Shown here: in pieces, positions 1 through 10,845 of the stretch | Layout of the letters: each line of letters begins with the position of its first letter | How positions within the stretch are numbered: position 1 is the first letter of the stretch | DNA from: Negativicutes bacterium | Lineage (GTDB): Bacteria > Bacillota > Negativicutes > UBA1444 | Direction: 5' to 3' | Length of the DNA stretch: 64,000 bases | Assembly (NCBI GenBank): GCA_963665275.2 | Contig: CAXXIN010000003.1 | Span: forward strand, 128,001-192,000 | Made by a program: the position numbers and the translations under genes | The notes under the pieces: model-generated | Database searches by the model: none | What the model saw: only the letters and a program-made list of their open reading frames with translations | What the model was told of the DNA's origin: nothing

Positions 1-162
1 ACGTCAGTTCTTTCCAAAGAACACCAGTTTTGCGGATGTTAAAGCAGAACAGGTAGACATAGCCGTTGAGTTACTGAATAATCGCCCGCGTAAACGACTC
101 CAATGGAAAACTCCGGCTGAAGTTTTTGCGGTTGCCTGTTGCACTTGATTTGACAAATCGCC
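1..162 (+). mobile_element. 3' end of an IS30-family element (transposase C-terminus 2..148 plus right terminal repeat)
   Basis: Frame 2 reads RQFFPKNTSF...LLNNRPRKRLQWKTPAEVF, matching the IS30 transposase C-terminal NxRPRKxLxxxTP motif; stop at 146-148 lies within tgttgcacttgatttgacaaatcgcc, which resembles IS30-type right ends. Truncated by the window edge. Confidence 0.8.
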
Positions 163-204
163 AACCAAATTATTAATTAACCGGCCACCCGCATGCGCCC
201 ATCC

Positions 205-1278
205 TCAATAATCCTTGCTGCCGCTGCCGCCAGGTTTAGCGGTCTGGTTAAACAAATCAGCAACCGACTGGTTATAGTATGTGATAAACACCCGGAACGG
301 ATGGGTCTGCGTGGATGGGTCCGCAGCAGCAATTTTGATAACGTTTTGTTTAATCATTAAAGTCACGGTGTATCCGCGCCCCTCACCGCCTAGGTCCCAA
401 AGTCCATAAGAATCCAAATATTTTCCTTTTTCAACCATGGGCGCACCGTAGCGCGCCGTCAAACCTTGTTTTACGATATTGAACCGGTCCAGCACCTCAT
501 TTTCCTTTAAGGGCCACGAGATCTGCACCATCCACATTTTGTCCTGGTAGAAGTGGACATAGATCCACGCATCAGGAAAGTCGGCGTAGGGACCGTAATA
601 GTAGTGCCACCGGTCAAATGTATCCTTGCCATTGAGGTAAGAAAAATAGTCGGTCTTGGGTCTCTGCTTCATGATGCGCTTGGCCTGTTCATCTGTCGCG
701 CCCCACGGGATGCCGAGCACCTTGTCCGCCTTGAGCGCCCCTCCTGCGGAGCTGCCAACTGCCTGGCCATCCTTCACCGGTTCACCGTTTTTCCATTGTC
801 CGTCGTGGGCCACCTTGCCGTTCGCGTCTTTGCCGATCCCGTATCCGTCAGGCTTGCCATTCTTGAATTCGCCCTCATAGACCCTGCCGTCAGCAAATTT
901 AAAGACGCCTCTGCCCTCGCGTTGTCCTTCCCTGTAGTTGCCGTCAAACGAATCTCCGTCAGACCACTTGATGTTGGCGTGTCCGTCGAGTTTGCCTGCT
1001 TTCATTTCGGCTTCGGCCTGTACCTTGGTCTCCGTACCAGGTTTATCCTTATAAACAAACTGCAGGGTTCCCTTCCCTTCAGCCATGCCGCCCACCGTCG
1101 GCCCCGACCAGTTCGCCGACACCAGCGTCAATCCGTCAGCTAAAAACACTACGCCAATTTTGCAGCCGGTCGCCGGATCGGTCGTCCACGCTTCCACCGC
1201 CGCCAGGGCAGTCGTGCTGGTGGCAATCAGAAACAATCCAATCAAGAGGAAAGTCAACAAAGATTTCGATGACTTCAT
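205..1278 (-). CDS. Exported MORN-repeat protein with a C-terminal domain of unknown function
   Basis: Signal peptide MKSSKSLLTFLLIGLFLIATSTTALA; MORN-like repeats (GDSFDGNYREGQREGRG, GRVYEGEFKNGKPDGYG); GGAGG RBS before ATG 1278. Confidence 0.8.
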   Translation of the reverse strand: MKSSKSLLTFLLIGLFLIATSTTALAAVEAWTTDPATGCKIGVVFLADGLTLVSANWSGPTVGGMAEGKGTLQFVYKDKPGTETKVQAEAEMKAGKLDGHANIKWSDGDSFDGNYREGQREGRGVFKFADGRVYEGEFKNGKPDGYGIGKDANGKVAHDGQWKNGEPVKDGQAVGSSAGGALKADKVLGIPWGATDEQAKRIMKQRPKTDYFSYLNGKDTFDRWHYYYGPYADFPDAWIYVHFYQDKMWMVQISWPLKENEVLDRFNIVKQGLTARYGAPMVEKGKYLDSYGLWDLGGEGRGYTVTLMIKQNVIKIAAADPSTQTHPFRVFITYYNQSVADLFNQTAKPGGSGSKDY

Positions 1279-1487
1279 GCGAACGCCTCCAATAATCAAT
1301 AATGCACAAACGATTACTTCCTTGATACTTCCGTTAAAACAATCATAATCCTTCCAATGATCGCCGAAATGATTAAATTATTCCTTCTGTGTAACATAAG
1401 CAACATATAAACCATCATCTTAGAAACGTCTCGGATTCATTTTTTGATGGAAAGCATGGGCCAGTTTGCGAGAGTCATTTATACAAT

Positions 1488-1512
1488 AAAACCCACGAAA
1501 TTCGTAGGTTTT
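1488..1512. terminator. Probable intrinsic terminator downstream of gldA
   Basis: Hairpin aaaacccacgaa-a-ttcgtaggtttt. Confidence 0.5.
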
Positions 1513-1569
1513 CGATTTTTTCACATCCTGTTTTCCATTCCATTTTCGCCTCAAATTACCCTTATTACA

Positions 1570-2652
1570 TTACGCGCCTAAACTATCAGCGACCAGAATA
1601 GCCGCATAAACATCTTCCGCCGTAACAGGGAAAGGCATGTTGTGTATTGTTTCCCCGTCTGCGCAAGCAGCTGCGGCAACTTTCATCAGTTTCTCCCTGG
1701 TTGGAGCGATAATCCCCAGCGCCTTTAGACAGGTAGGCAGGCCGACCGTTTTGAGATAATCAATGACGGTTTCCAATTCATCTTGCGGTGCATTTTCCAA
1801 TACCAAATGAACCACAACACCGAAGGCTACCTTCTCGCCATGATAATAACAGTGAGTTTCCGCCAATTGCGTCAGTCCATTATGCACCGAATGACAGGCA
1901 GCCAGCCCGCCACTTTCAAAACCCAGCCCGCTGAGCAAAATATTCGCTTCCACGATGTTTTCCAGCGCCTGCGTCACAACTCGCGCCTGGCAGGCGGCTT
2001 TGGCCTTGACCGAATCTGACAGCAGGGTTTCATAACAGGCTTTTGCAATGGCAAAGGCTGCTTTGGTGCTTTTGCCGCCGGACATGTTGTCAGCATTGGA
2101 ACAGACGCAGGATCTTGCTTCAAAATAAGTGGACAGTGCATCACCCATCCCTGCAACCAAAAATCGCACCGGAGCTTGGGCGATGATGCCGGTATCCACC
2201 AGTACAATGTCGGGGTTTTTATGAAGATTCCAATACGCTTCAAAAGCGTGATGCTCCGTGTAGATTATGGCAAGTCTGCTGGTTGGGGCGTCGGTTGATG
2301 CAATCGTGGGTACGATGATCACCGGCTTTTTCGCCAGGTCCGCGACAGCCTTCGCAGTATCCAGTGCTTTGCCGCCGCCCAATCCAACGATAACCCCGCA
2401 ACCGGTCTCCTCGGACAATATTTTCAGGCGCTCTATCTCGGTCTTCGTGCATTCTTCCCGGAATTCACCATAGACTATAGTACACGGATCTTTTTTCATC
2501 GCTTGATCCAGTTGCGGCTGAACACGCCGCTGACCCTCTTTCGATGCAACCAGCAGCGCCTTGCTGGAGAACTCTAGAATTATCGCCCCTAAATTTACGA
2601 GTTCATTCTGCCCTTGAATGTATTTTGATGGAGAAATCAGCGTTTTTTTCAT
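1570..2652 (-). CDS. gldA: Glycerol dehydrogenase
   Basis: Motifs SPSKYIQG, GLGGGKALDTAKA, PTIASTDAP, GFESGGLAACHSVHNGLT, HGEKVAFG; 360 aa. Confidence 0.9.
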   Translation of the reverse strand: MKKTLISPSKYIQGQNELVNLGAIILEFSSKALLVASKEGQRRVQPQLDQAMKKDPCTIVYGEFREECTKTEIERLKILSEETGCGVIVGLGGGKALDTAKAVADLAKKPVIIVPTIASTDAPTSRLAIIYTEHHAFEAYWNLHKNPDIVLVDTGIIAQAPVRFLVAGMGDALSTYFEARSCVCSNADNMSGGKSTKAAFAIAKACYETLLSDSVKAKAACQARVVTQALENIVEANILLSGLGFESGGLAACHSVHNGLTQLAETHCYYHGEKVAFGVVVHLVLENAPQDELETVIDYLKTVGLPTCLKALGIIAPTREKLMKVAAAACADGETIHNMPFPVTAEDVYAAILVADSLGA

Positions 2653-3744
2653 AATGCATTCACAATCTCGGCTGGGTCCGATTCAACAAAACTCTTGGTC
2701 ACGTTACCGTAGTAGTCCGGATAGTTGCGCAAATCCAGTCTTAGTGCCGGTGAGCCTTCAGCCAGGTTGAACTCATCCAGCCGTGCCCAAATGAGATACG
2801 GACTGGTGGTCGACTCAAAGAAATAAACCCCGTGCGTCAAATCGCCGGTTGAGCGCCAAATGGTTGTAGATGAGAACGGATTCGAGGCATCCAGCGAAAC
2901 CCTGAACGGCTGCGAAATATTCCGGGTAACGCTGAAGATTCCGGCCAGCGCTTCGCGCAGATTGGCAGGTTTTGGGCAGAAGCTTCATATAGTAGGCTGC
3001 GCGCACAAACCGATCTGCCGCCGCAGTCGAGCCGGGAATGGGCTTTGTACCGCCGAACCCCTCGTATTGCTTCAGATTCGCCTGTTGTTGTTCAAACGGC
3101 GGATCATTGGTCATGATGGTATAGCTTCTGTCATGATGAATAACCGGCTTAACCGCCAATATACTCAACTATCGCGGAATCACCTGTCTTATCCGCCAAA
3201 GACAGATGAAGACTGGCGGTCTTGATCTTCCCCCCAACACTGGGAAATTGCAGGGTCACGACCTGAGAAGGAGTCCTGCCGGATTGCCTGAACCGCTTCT
3301 GCCACTGTAGCAAAGTTATCCAGCATGTACTGCGCCCAGAAAGAGATCGACAATCCCTGCCGTTTCTCATCCCTGGTTCCGTAATCGCTTTGATTGAGCC
3401 AGAGCAGGTTCGCCATCAGACCCTGTTCGTTCATTCCGTCCGCCACACTGCCCTGACCGTCAGACAGGGACGCGGCCACAATACTGCCGTATTTCGACGT
3501 CCAGGACAGCGAATTCTTTCCTGGCAATCCCTCGCGCTTGATGCCGCGGGGCAATACCCACAGGGCCGTCCCCATATCTTCGGGCCAGTCCATATTTCGT
3601 CCAACCAGAACCGCCTGCCCATTATCGGCGGAAAGCACACGGCTGCAGGCGTAAACAATATTGCCGGAATAAAGCAAAAAACCTCCGGATATGAAACTGA
3701 TTAAGCATATAACTGCCACTATTTTTCTGGAAAAAACTCATCAT
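2649..3744 (-). pseudogene. Linear amide C-N hydrolase (choloylglycine hydrolase / penicillin V acylase family, exported), frameshifted
   Basis: Signal peptide then catalytic N-terminal CSRV; GRNMDW, DGMNEQGL, HLSLADKTGDSAIVEY, MTNDP, PGS..ADRFVRA are spread over ORF pieces 3189..3719, 3149..3370, 2815..3168 and 2649..2840. The frameshifts may be sequencing errors. Confidence 0.8.
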
Positions 3745-3785
3745 TCAAACTCCCTCTCCCTCACGCTTGAATTCCTTCCAACGGT

Positions 3786-4762
3786 TTACGGAATTAATAA
3801 TCGGCAAGCGACGTCCCCAATTATGACACTACCTAACTCCAATCCAAAAAGCCCTTCTCTTTTCCTTTTTTCCTCCGGCGCATAGACCTGCACAAACGAC
3901 GGCAGCACCTCGATTTCCAGCGGGAGTTCCGGTCCCCGGTCGCCATCCACATTGGTCGATAAAGGTTCGTTCCCTTCGACGGTAATTCTGGCCCGCTTGA
4001 TCGTCATAACATTCACATACGCGGATTCATCGAGATGACCGCTCAATAGTTTTGAGATGATGTCCACTATGCCAAAGATCTCAAACTTCGTATAAATCAA
4101 GAGGCGCATATTGCCGTCGGCCACTCCCGCGCTAGGCATGAATTTTTCGAAACCGGCCAAGGAACTGGTCAGTGCAGCCACGATCAAAGAAGATTCCACG
4201 CAAAAAGGACGCCGCATCCGTTTCAATATGGAAACGATAGACTTTCTGTTCCCGTAACGCCCGAATCCCTTTCATAAAATATGCTAAAGAGCCGAGCCGC
4301 GTTTTCTCCTCGATTGACACATCGGCTATTGCTTCCGGCATGGTGCCGATCGCCAGCCCATTAACAAAATATCGGTCATTTACCCGTCCGATATCGATAG
4401 GCGCCAACTGGGCCGTATCAAGCATACGAATCGCAGCCTCCGGCTTTAGGGGGGATCTCCAGCGCCCGGGCCAGATCGTTCACGGTCCCTAACGGAATAA
4501 AGCCAAAAGCGGGTCGATTCGACGCCGTGGCGAGTCCGTTGACAGTTTCATTGACTGTTCCATCCCCGCCCATGCAGAACACGGCGGTTGCCCCCGCATC
4601 GGCCGCCTCCTTGGCAAACAGGGTGGCATCAAGCGGTTTCCCTGTCTCACGAACTTCAACTTCATCAAACATCCCCAGCAATTTCAGGTACATCGGCCTT
4701 GTATAACGTCTAGCCTTTCCGCCGCCGGATGAGGGGTTTACGATCAGCAAACAGCTTTTAAT
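3786..4762 (-). pseudogene. Diacylglycerol/lipid kinase family (YegS/BmrU-like), frameshifted
   Basis: IVNPSSG, GGDGTVNETVNG, IPLGTVNDLARAL, IDIGRVNDRYF, NVDGD are split across 4418..4750, 4132..4425 and 3786..4226. Confidence 0.8.
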
Positions 4763-5067
4763 GGTACTCTCCCCTTATTTCACGTCGGTTTATATTTCAG
4801 CAACTTTCCAAGGACCCCTATGAGCGCCACCGGTTACTATATCCCGTTGCTTCAATACTAATGCCTACCTATTATGTTCCGTTCAAACACGCATAATCCT
4901 TCAGGGGACGACTGCCGCAATGGGTCATTTCGTTCATGCTCTTTCCAGGCAGATAGTATAAACCTAAAAACAAGTCTTTCGTTAAACCGTCTGAAAGGTA
5001 TATGATAATGGCAAAGCCTCATATGAAGATAACATATGGGGCCGCGACAGAAAAGGCGGGAGCAAGG

Positions 5068-6232
5068 ATGACTGTTAGAGATTCAGCCGAGCAACTAAAG
5101 GAGCAACTGGTATCCTGGAGAAGGGAAATACACACCTACCCTGAAATTGCCTGGAAAGAAATCAAAACAGGCAACCTGATCGCCGAGGAACTGGAAAAGT
5201 TAGGCATAGAGGTGACACGAGTCGCCAATACAGGCGTGGTCGGTCTCCTGAAAGGAGAAGCTCCAGGTAAGACAGTGGCGCTGCGGGCTGACATGGATGC
5301 TCTGGCCATCGAGGAAGCGACTGACCTTCCCTATAAATCGAAAAATCCGGGAGCAATGCATGCCTGCGGTCATGATGGCCATGTCGCCATGCTTTTAGGC
5401 GCTGCAAGAATATTAAGTCAAATGAGAAGCGAGCTCAATGGCACCGTAAAGTTTATTTTTCAACCTGCCGAAGAAATCGGGCTAGGAGCGTTAAAGCTGA
5501 TTGAGGCCGGTGTTATGGAAGGGGTGGATGGGATTATGGGAATTCACCTTTGGCCGGATTTGCCCAGTGGCAAGGTTTCATTGGTTGCCGGCCCCAGAAT
5601 GGCATCTGCTGACAAAATAAAGATAACCGTCAGAGGAAAATCCGGGCACGGTTCTATGCCTCACCAAGGAATTGACGCCATACTCGCCGCCTCCGCGATC
5701 ATCATGAATCTTCAGTCCATCAGCAGTCGGGAAGTTGCCCCGCTCGATCCCGCGGTGGTAACTATAGGGAAAATTACCGGCGGAACCAGCTGGAACATTA
5801 CTTGTGATGAAGTGATCCTGGAAGGCACAACCCGATGTTTCAGCCATGCGGTCAGAAACAATTTCCCCTCGGCAATCGAAAGAATTGCACAGAATACCGC
5901 AGCCTCATTCAGAGCGCAGGCCGAGGTGGAGTATATCCCCATTGTTTCTCCCCCTGATCAACGACGCGCTGATCTCTCAAATAGCGGCCGCTTCGCTGCA
6001 AAAACTGTATGGCGGCAATGTAGTGGGGGATATTGAAAAGGTTATGGGGGGAGAAGATTTTTCCTATCTTTTCGAAACTGCTCCCGGAGCCCTGGCTTTT
6101 GTCGGGATAGGCAACAAAGAACAGAAAACCGACTACCCGCTTCATAACGACAAATTCAATATCGATGAAGAGGTGCTGCCAATCGGCGCCGCCCTGCATG
6201 CCCAGTTTGCCCTGGACTTTTTAAACCGCTAG
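5068..6232 (+). CDS. M20D-family amidohydrolase, one frameshift near 5950
   Basis: LRADMDAL, MHACGHDGH, FQPAEE, GHGSMPH in the first frame; MGGEDFS and LHNDKF in the second frame (5846..6232). Confidence 0.85.
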
Positions 6233-6266
6233 AAATCGGTTTTGGGAAACGAAATGATCGTAAGCA

Positions 6267-6293
6267 AAAAGCCCGCGAAATTCGCGGGCTTTT
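6267..6293. terminator. Bidirectional intrinsic terminator between convergent genes
   Basis: Perfect hairpin aaaagcccgcgaa-a-ttcgcgggctttt. Confidence 0.75.
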
Positions 6294-6294
6294 A

Positions 6295-6837
6295 TCAGTT
6301 GGAACCCGTTTTTATTTTTTCCAGTTACCGTCCGCAAAATAGGTCATTAACGCAGCTCCCTTGGTTAAGCCCTCTTTTCGAATCGAACTGTACTCAATAT
6401 TTTTTTTTGCGATCTTCTGTTGAACATTTGCTATCTGGACACTTGACGAGAATTTTTGCATAAGAGCTCATAGCTTCGGTGGCCTCGACATAATGTTTTT
6501 TCATTTCGTCAAACTTAGCCTTATTTTCCGAAGAAAGCCACTGAGGCGTTCCTATCTTTTTCAAATTGGCAGCAACTTCAAGATATGCGGCGGATATTGA
6601 CTCATACTGCTCTTTTGCTTGACCTGCGTTGATTTTCTTCTCCCCTACATTTTCGAAGGTACTTCCCACTTTAGTGGAGAGTTCTTGAAAACGAGTGATT
6701 TGAGCGGCAAATGCCAGAAACGCTTTGTCCATCTCTTCTTTCTTCTGCTCAGCGGTCGGCTCATCACTGCCGCAACCTGCGAGTAAGATTGTGCATAGAA
6801 GCATGGACAACAGGGTGAATATAACCGTTTTTTTCAC
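6295..6837 (-). CDS. Hypothetical lipoprotein (apparent frameshift in a homopolymer at ~6400-6408)
   Basis: GTG start with GGAGG RBS; lipobox LLAGC; helical body. The alternative frame after the A-run continues KNIEYSSIRKEG...TGSN to a stop at 6295, just before the terminator. Confidence 0.6.
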
Positions 6838-7033
6838 GAAGACCCCTCCACAAGACATATTTTCCCATCTATATCGTTCCCATTGTTGATCGGGTAGGAT
6901 TTTTGAAACTGATAGATTTTGAATGCTTTTTTAAATTATCATAAGCAACATGAAATTGATACTATACGAAAGTATACTATCGCCAAAAAAAGAAGAAACC
7001 TTACCAATTATGATAGGGTTTTTTCAAAACTAC

Positions 7034-7739
7034 TTATGCTTCCTCGATGGCCATCATCAGGAACCCGCAAAAGGCTGCGTTATCAACTTGCAACTCTTCG
7101 GCCACTTCCTGCTTCATCAGCAGGATCTGCTCCCGATACGCCCGATAGAATTCAAAGGTGGGGCGGGGACTGTATGTGAGAGCGGTCAGTTCAAAGTATG
7201 CGATGATCCCTTTTGCTGTTGTCGGCTTGATGAAGACCTCGACACTGGGTCGGTAATAGATCGGGTAAATAAACCGTCAGCAGCGGCCATTTCGCAACTT
7301 TATACTCCTGCAGCAGGAACCGTCATCAGCCCAAACCCCTTCGCCTGGTCGCCATGCAGAAACTCCCGCAGTCCATGGGCCAAGTGTTCTTTTTCATCGT
7401 CGTTCATAGAACGAACCGCATCTCTGAACTTGGGTTTTTCAAAAACCGACACCAAGGATGATTGGCTGGCGACCTTAATCATAGATTCGACAATGGTGGC
7501 AGCACTGTGAAATTGTTCCGCAGCACAGTCCAATGAAAAATGGTTGACCGACGTGACAGAGTTTAAATATGGAGACGGCCACAAAGCCTATCTTAGCGCG
7601 CAAAACTTTCCTGCGCTATTTTTATCATCTTCGGCACCTTGTGCTTTTTCACAATTTCGAGCATGTCCGGGTGGGAAAACCCGCCCGAATAAAGCGCCAG
7701 GAAACGACCTTCGGCTTCTTTGAGTTTCGCTTTATTCAT
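7034..7739 (-). pseudogene. Hypothetical protein, interrupted by an insertion and frameshifts
   Basis: MNKAKLKEAEGRFLALYSGGFSHP...QESFA / AEQFHSAATIVESMIKVASQSSLVSVFEKPKFRD / ...FIKPTTAKGIIAYFEL...DNAAFCGFLMMAIEEA* can be stitched into one reading; AGGAGG RBS. Confidence 0.6.
7526..7599 (+). mobile_element. 74-bp internal fragment of an IS3-family transposase (integrase core)
   Basis: Translates QSNEKWLTDVTEFKYGDGHKAYLS, matching the IS3/IS150 W(L/V)TD(I/V)TEF..K.YLS motif; flanked by GCA direct repeats. Confidence 0.7.
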
Positions 7740-7752
7740 CAGTATAGCCTCC

Positions 7753-8976
7753 TTACTCGGCTTTCTCAGTACAAACGGTGTAAGTATCTTTGGCATAGAT
7801 AAATAATAGCGCGCTAACGCAAATAAAGAGGATGGAAGTGATCCAAAAAATTGATGAAATGCCAAAGAACAAGGAAAATATCCCTGCACAGAGCGGCCCC
7901 AGGACATTGCCCATCAAACCCGCTCCGCTCGTGATCCCATAGGCAGCCCCACGTTTTGACTCCGGTATGAGATAGGTGATAATCGTATTGGAACTGGGGA
8001 TCATCGCTCCAATACACAGACCGTTGATGGCCCGCAGCAACGCGAATGAGATCACATTCTCAGCAGCCAGCTGGCCCAAAAAAGAGACAGCGCCCAGCAG
8101 CGAAGCTGTGCTCAGGATTTGTTTATGGGAAAACCGCTGACTCACCATGCCCATGCTTGCCGAGGCAAACGCACTCATCACGCCGCCAATCGCAATAATA
8201 GTTCCGGAAATGCTCGCAAGATTACTTGAGTCGGAAATGATGGACCGAATATATAAAGGCAAAATCGAGCCCCATGCTCTGTATGGCAAACTGGGTTAAA
8301 AATTGCACCAGCAGCATGAGCCGCAGGTCCCTGAGGGAACAAATAAAACGAAAAGTGCTTTTCAGTGACGTTTGGGAGCTTTTCACCACTGGTAGTGAAT
8401 TTTTCCGTCACGGAAAAATGTACAAGCACCAGTGCGCACAAGGCAAAGTGACCCGAACACGATAAAAGGTTGCCGATAGCCGAAGAAGTCGGCGATGAAC
8501 CCGCCAAGCATTGGACCAACAGCTCCGCCGATGATGATGGAGGTTTGGAACATTCCCACGGTAAAAGAGATCTCCGACGGAGGCGTGCTGCTGAGCACCA
8601 ACGCCGTGCCGGCAGCGACGAATCCGCCGCAAGCAGTCCCTTGCAGTATCCGCAGCGTCAGCAATTGATACACATTCGAAACAAACGCCATCGATATGAT
8701 GATAAGACCATACATGAACAATACTTTTTCGACACATCGGCCTTACGCCCTTTGCGGTCAGCCATCGCTCCCCAATAAGGATTGGACAGCGCGGCGCAAA
8801 ACGAGGCCGAGCCCATTAAAATACCGGACCACATGGCGACCTCACTCGCGTCGCTGATCCCCAAAACCGTCACATATAAAGGCAGGAACGAAATCATCCC
8901 GGTGATGGCGCCTCATGCCGGTGAATTGCGTCGCCCACATGATCGCCAGATTCTTTTTCCATTCAGCTACTAACAT
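7753..8976 (-). pseudogene. MFS multidrug-efflux-type transporter (DHA1/MdtG-like), frameshifted
   Basis: WKKNLAIMW, FLPLYV, PYWGAMADRKGRK, LRILQG, GPMLGGFIAD and C-half helices occur in several frames. Confidence 0.75.
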
Positions 8977-9007
8977 TTATGTTTTTTTCTTAAACCCTTT
9001 CGCGTAG

Positions 9008-9593
9008 TCAAAGAGTGGCTTGTTTGCTCCCCCTTTCGGAGCAAGGCCGTAAACCCTTGTCTGCTGCGCCCCAGCTCAACAACCTCGAACCCTGCTGCTT
9101 GGGCTTGTTGCAGTTCTTCGTTAAAGCTTGCTCCACCGAAACATGATGACCCGGTTCAGCAATGAACAGCCTGGCATTCTGTTTCAAAACGCCAAATGCT
9201 GCTGTAAAAAAATCCCGGGCATCCGGCAATTCATGAACCACAGCATAGGCAAAAACCAAATCCACGGCTTCTGCCAAGTCTGCCATCCCCAGGGATTCAC
9301 TCGTCGCAAGACGCGTTTCGATCCGTTGGCGCAGCTTTGCTTTTTCAGCCCCTTTGTTCCAACTGTTCCAGCATTTTCGGCTGGATGTCGATCGCAATAA
9401 CCCGGCCGGATTCGGCGACCTTTTTGGCAATCTCCAGCGAAAAGAAACCCATCCCGGTGTCCGATTTCTACCACAGTCATTCCTTCTTGAACCAAGGGCG
9501 CAATGATTTTCTTCGGATTTTGCAGCAGTTTTCGCAATGCGGACTAATTAAAAGGTACCCCATCCACCACGGACTTACCTTGCAGGCCATCAT
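9008..9593 (-). pseudogene. Class I SAM-dependent methyltransferase, frameshifted
   Basis: PWWMGYLL N-terminus, EGMTVVEIG motif I, VDLVFAYAVVHELPD, LFIAEP in different frames. Confidence 0.7.
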
Positions 9594-9681
9594 TCAATCA
9601 CTCCTCTTTAAGTAACCAGGAAAATCAGCCACTTAAGAAATTATAACACTATCTCTCTTTCAAAAGCGTTTAAAGATACAC

Positions 9682-9716
9682 AAAAACAGAGGCCCGCTTC
9701 ATCCCGCGAGCCTCTG
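9682..9716 (-). terminator. Intrinsic terminator after the secreted-protein pair
   Basis: Minus strand cagaggctcgc...gcgggcctctg followed by ttttt. Confidence 0.65.
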
Positions 9717-9743
9717 GCAGATCTCTGCTGTGTGTTGCTTTTT

Positions 9744-10823
9744 TTACCTTTTCGCTTTTGCTTTGGTCAAGGTTGCGTCCTGCGTGGGCACTGCCATGAA
9801 GATCAGGGAGTAATCCGCATAGTCGCCGGATTGCAAATAGGCCACTAAATCGTAGTTGATGCCGGAAATCACGGTTACACCTGAAGTGGTGGAAAAATTG
9901 GGATAAGCCAGTGCCGCCGTATTAAGAAAGTTCGGTTGGCTAATGGCGCCGCTGGCTGTCAGTACAGGAACCCAGGCATTCGGATTGCTTCCTCCAGAAC
10001 CGCCTGCCCCCTGAATCGTAAGAAACTGTGTGACATTCCAGGAATTATTATACGGGAACTTGGATTCGAGACAGCTGGTCTCATTGGTCGTTGAAGTAGC
10101 CCAGCCGTAATTATTGGTCCCGTCGCCGTAACCGAGCGCGGGAGCCTGGTAAAAGTTCCAGCAATTCGGCATCTCCATATAGTTTGACGGCTGCGCAAAA
10201 TCCATGGAAGAAGTGACCATGAAATTCAGGGTTGCGGTCTTGCTACTCTGGGTTCCGGTTAACGTGTTGATAGTGATCGGCATGGAAACATATCCGGTAT
10301 TGGCGACATAGATACCGTTACTCCCTCCACTTTTCGGTTTATTGAATTGCGTTAAATTGGTGGCTGGCGCTACCCAGGCATTGCTGCTGTTGGTGGTAAC
10401 CCACACATTGTTTGGATCGTTGAGCGCAATTTGCACGGAGTGAAAGGCAAAGCCGGTTTTGCTGATATTCGCGTTGGTAGGGGGCGTGGCGGAACTGTTG
10501 TTAACGCCGTTTATCCCTTTCAAAGGAAAGGGAGTTACCGACAGGGGATTGGTATTCTGGCCTACCAGGGGCTTGCCGGCAAAACCGGGCAGCATATTGT
10601 TATCGGGCTGGGTAGGATCACCGACGTAAATTTCCCAGGGAGTCAAATTAATGATGTTCAGCACGTTCAGTGCCGACATATTGGGGCCTTTCACCCCATT
10701 TGCGTTGTATGTGTTTTCCGTAAAAGCCATAATGTTCGCGTAAGGTGCATTGGCAAAAGCAATATTGCTGAATCCCGTTATTAAGATGAGCAGAAAACAC
10801 AATAAAAATCTTCTTTTTATCAT
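9744..10823 (-). CDS. Secreted hypothetical protein, Asn/Thr/Ser/Gly-rich, probably beta-rich (359 aa)
   Basis: Intact ORF, Sec signal MIKRRFLLCFLLILITGFSNIAFA, GAGGA RBS; no family recognised. Confidence 0.75.
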   Translation of the reverse strand: MIKRRFLLCFLLILITGFSNIAFANAPYANIMAFTENTYNANGVKGPNMSALNVLNIINLTPWEIYVGDPTQPDNNMLPGFAGKPLVGQNTNPLSVTPFPLKGINGVNNSSATPPTNANISKTGFAFHSVQIALNDPNNVWVTTNSSNAWVAPATNLTQFNKPKSGGSNGIYVANTGYVSMPITINTLTGTQSSKTATLNFMVTSSMDFAQPSNYMEMPNCWNFYQAPALGYGDGTNNYGWATSTTNETSCLESKFPYNNSWNVTQFLTIQGAGGSGGSNPNAWVPVLTASGAISQPNFLNTAALAYPNFSTTSGVTVISGINYDLVAYLQSGDYADYSLIFMAVPTQDATLTKAKAKR

Positions 10824-10845
10824 TTCATTTTCCTCGCTTTCTCTG

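Noticed and set aside
4760-4762. ATT start codon for the lipid kinase
   Set aside because: It is well placed after an RBS but lies in the error-rich region, so it cannot be distinguished from a miscalled ATG.
1488-6293. REP-like family from two hairpins sharing a cgaaattcg core (1488 and 6267)
   Set aside because: Only two copies, both in terminator positions; not enough to call a repeat family.
6394-6396. Selenocysteine read-through at the lipoprotein TGA
   Set aside because: A 1-bp slip in the adjacent homopolymer gives a cleaner C-terminus ending at the terminator; no redox motif or SECIS is evident.
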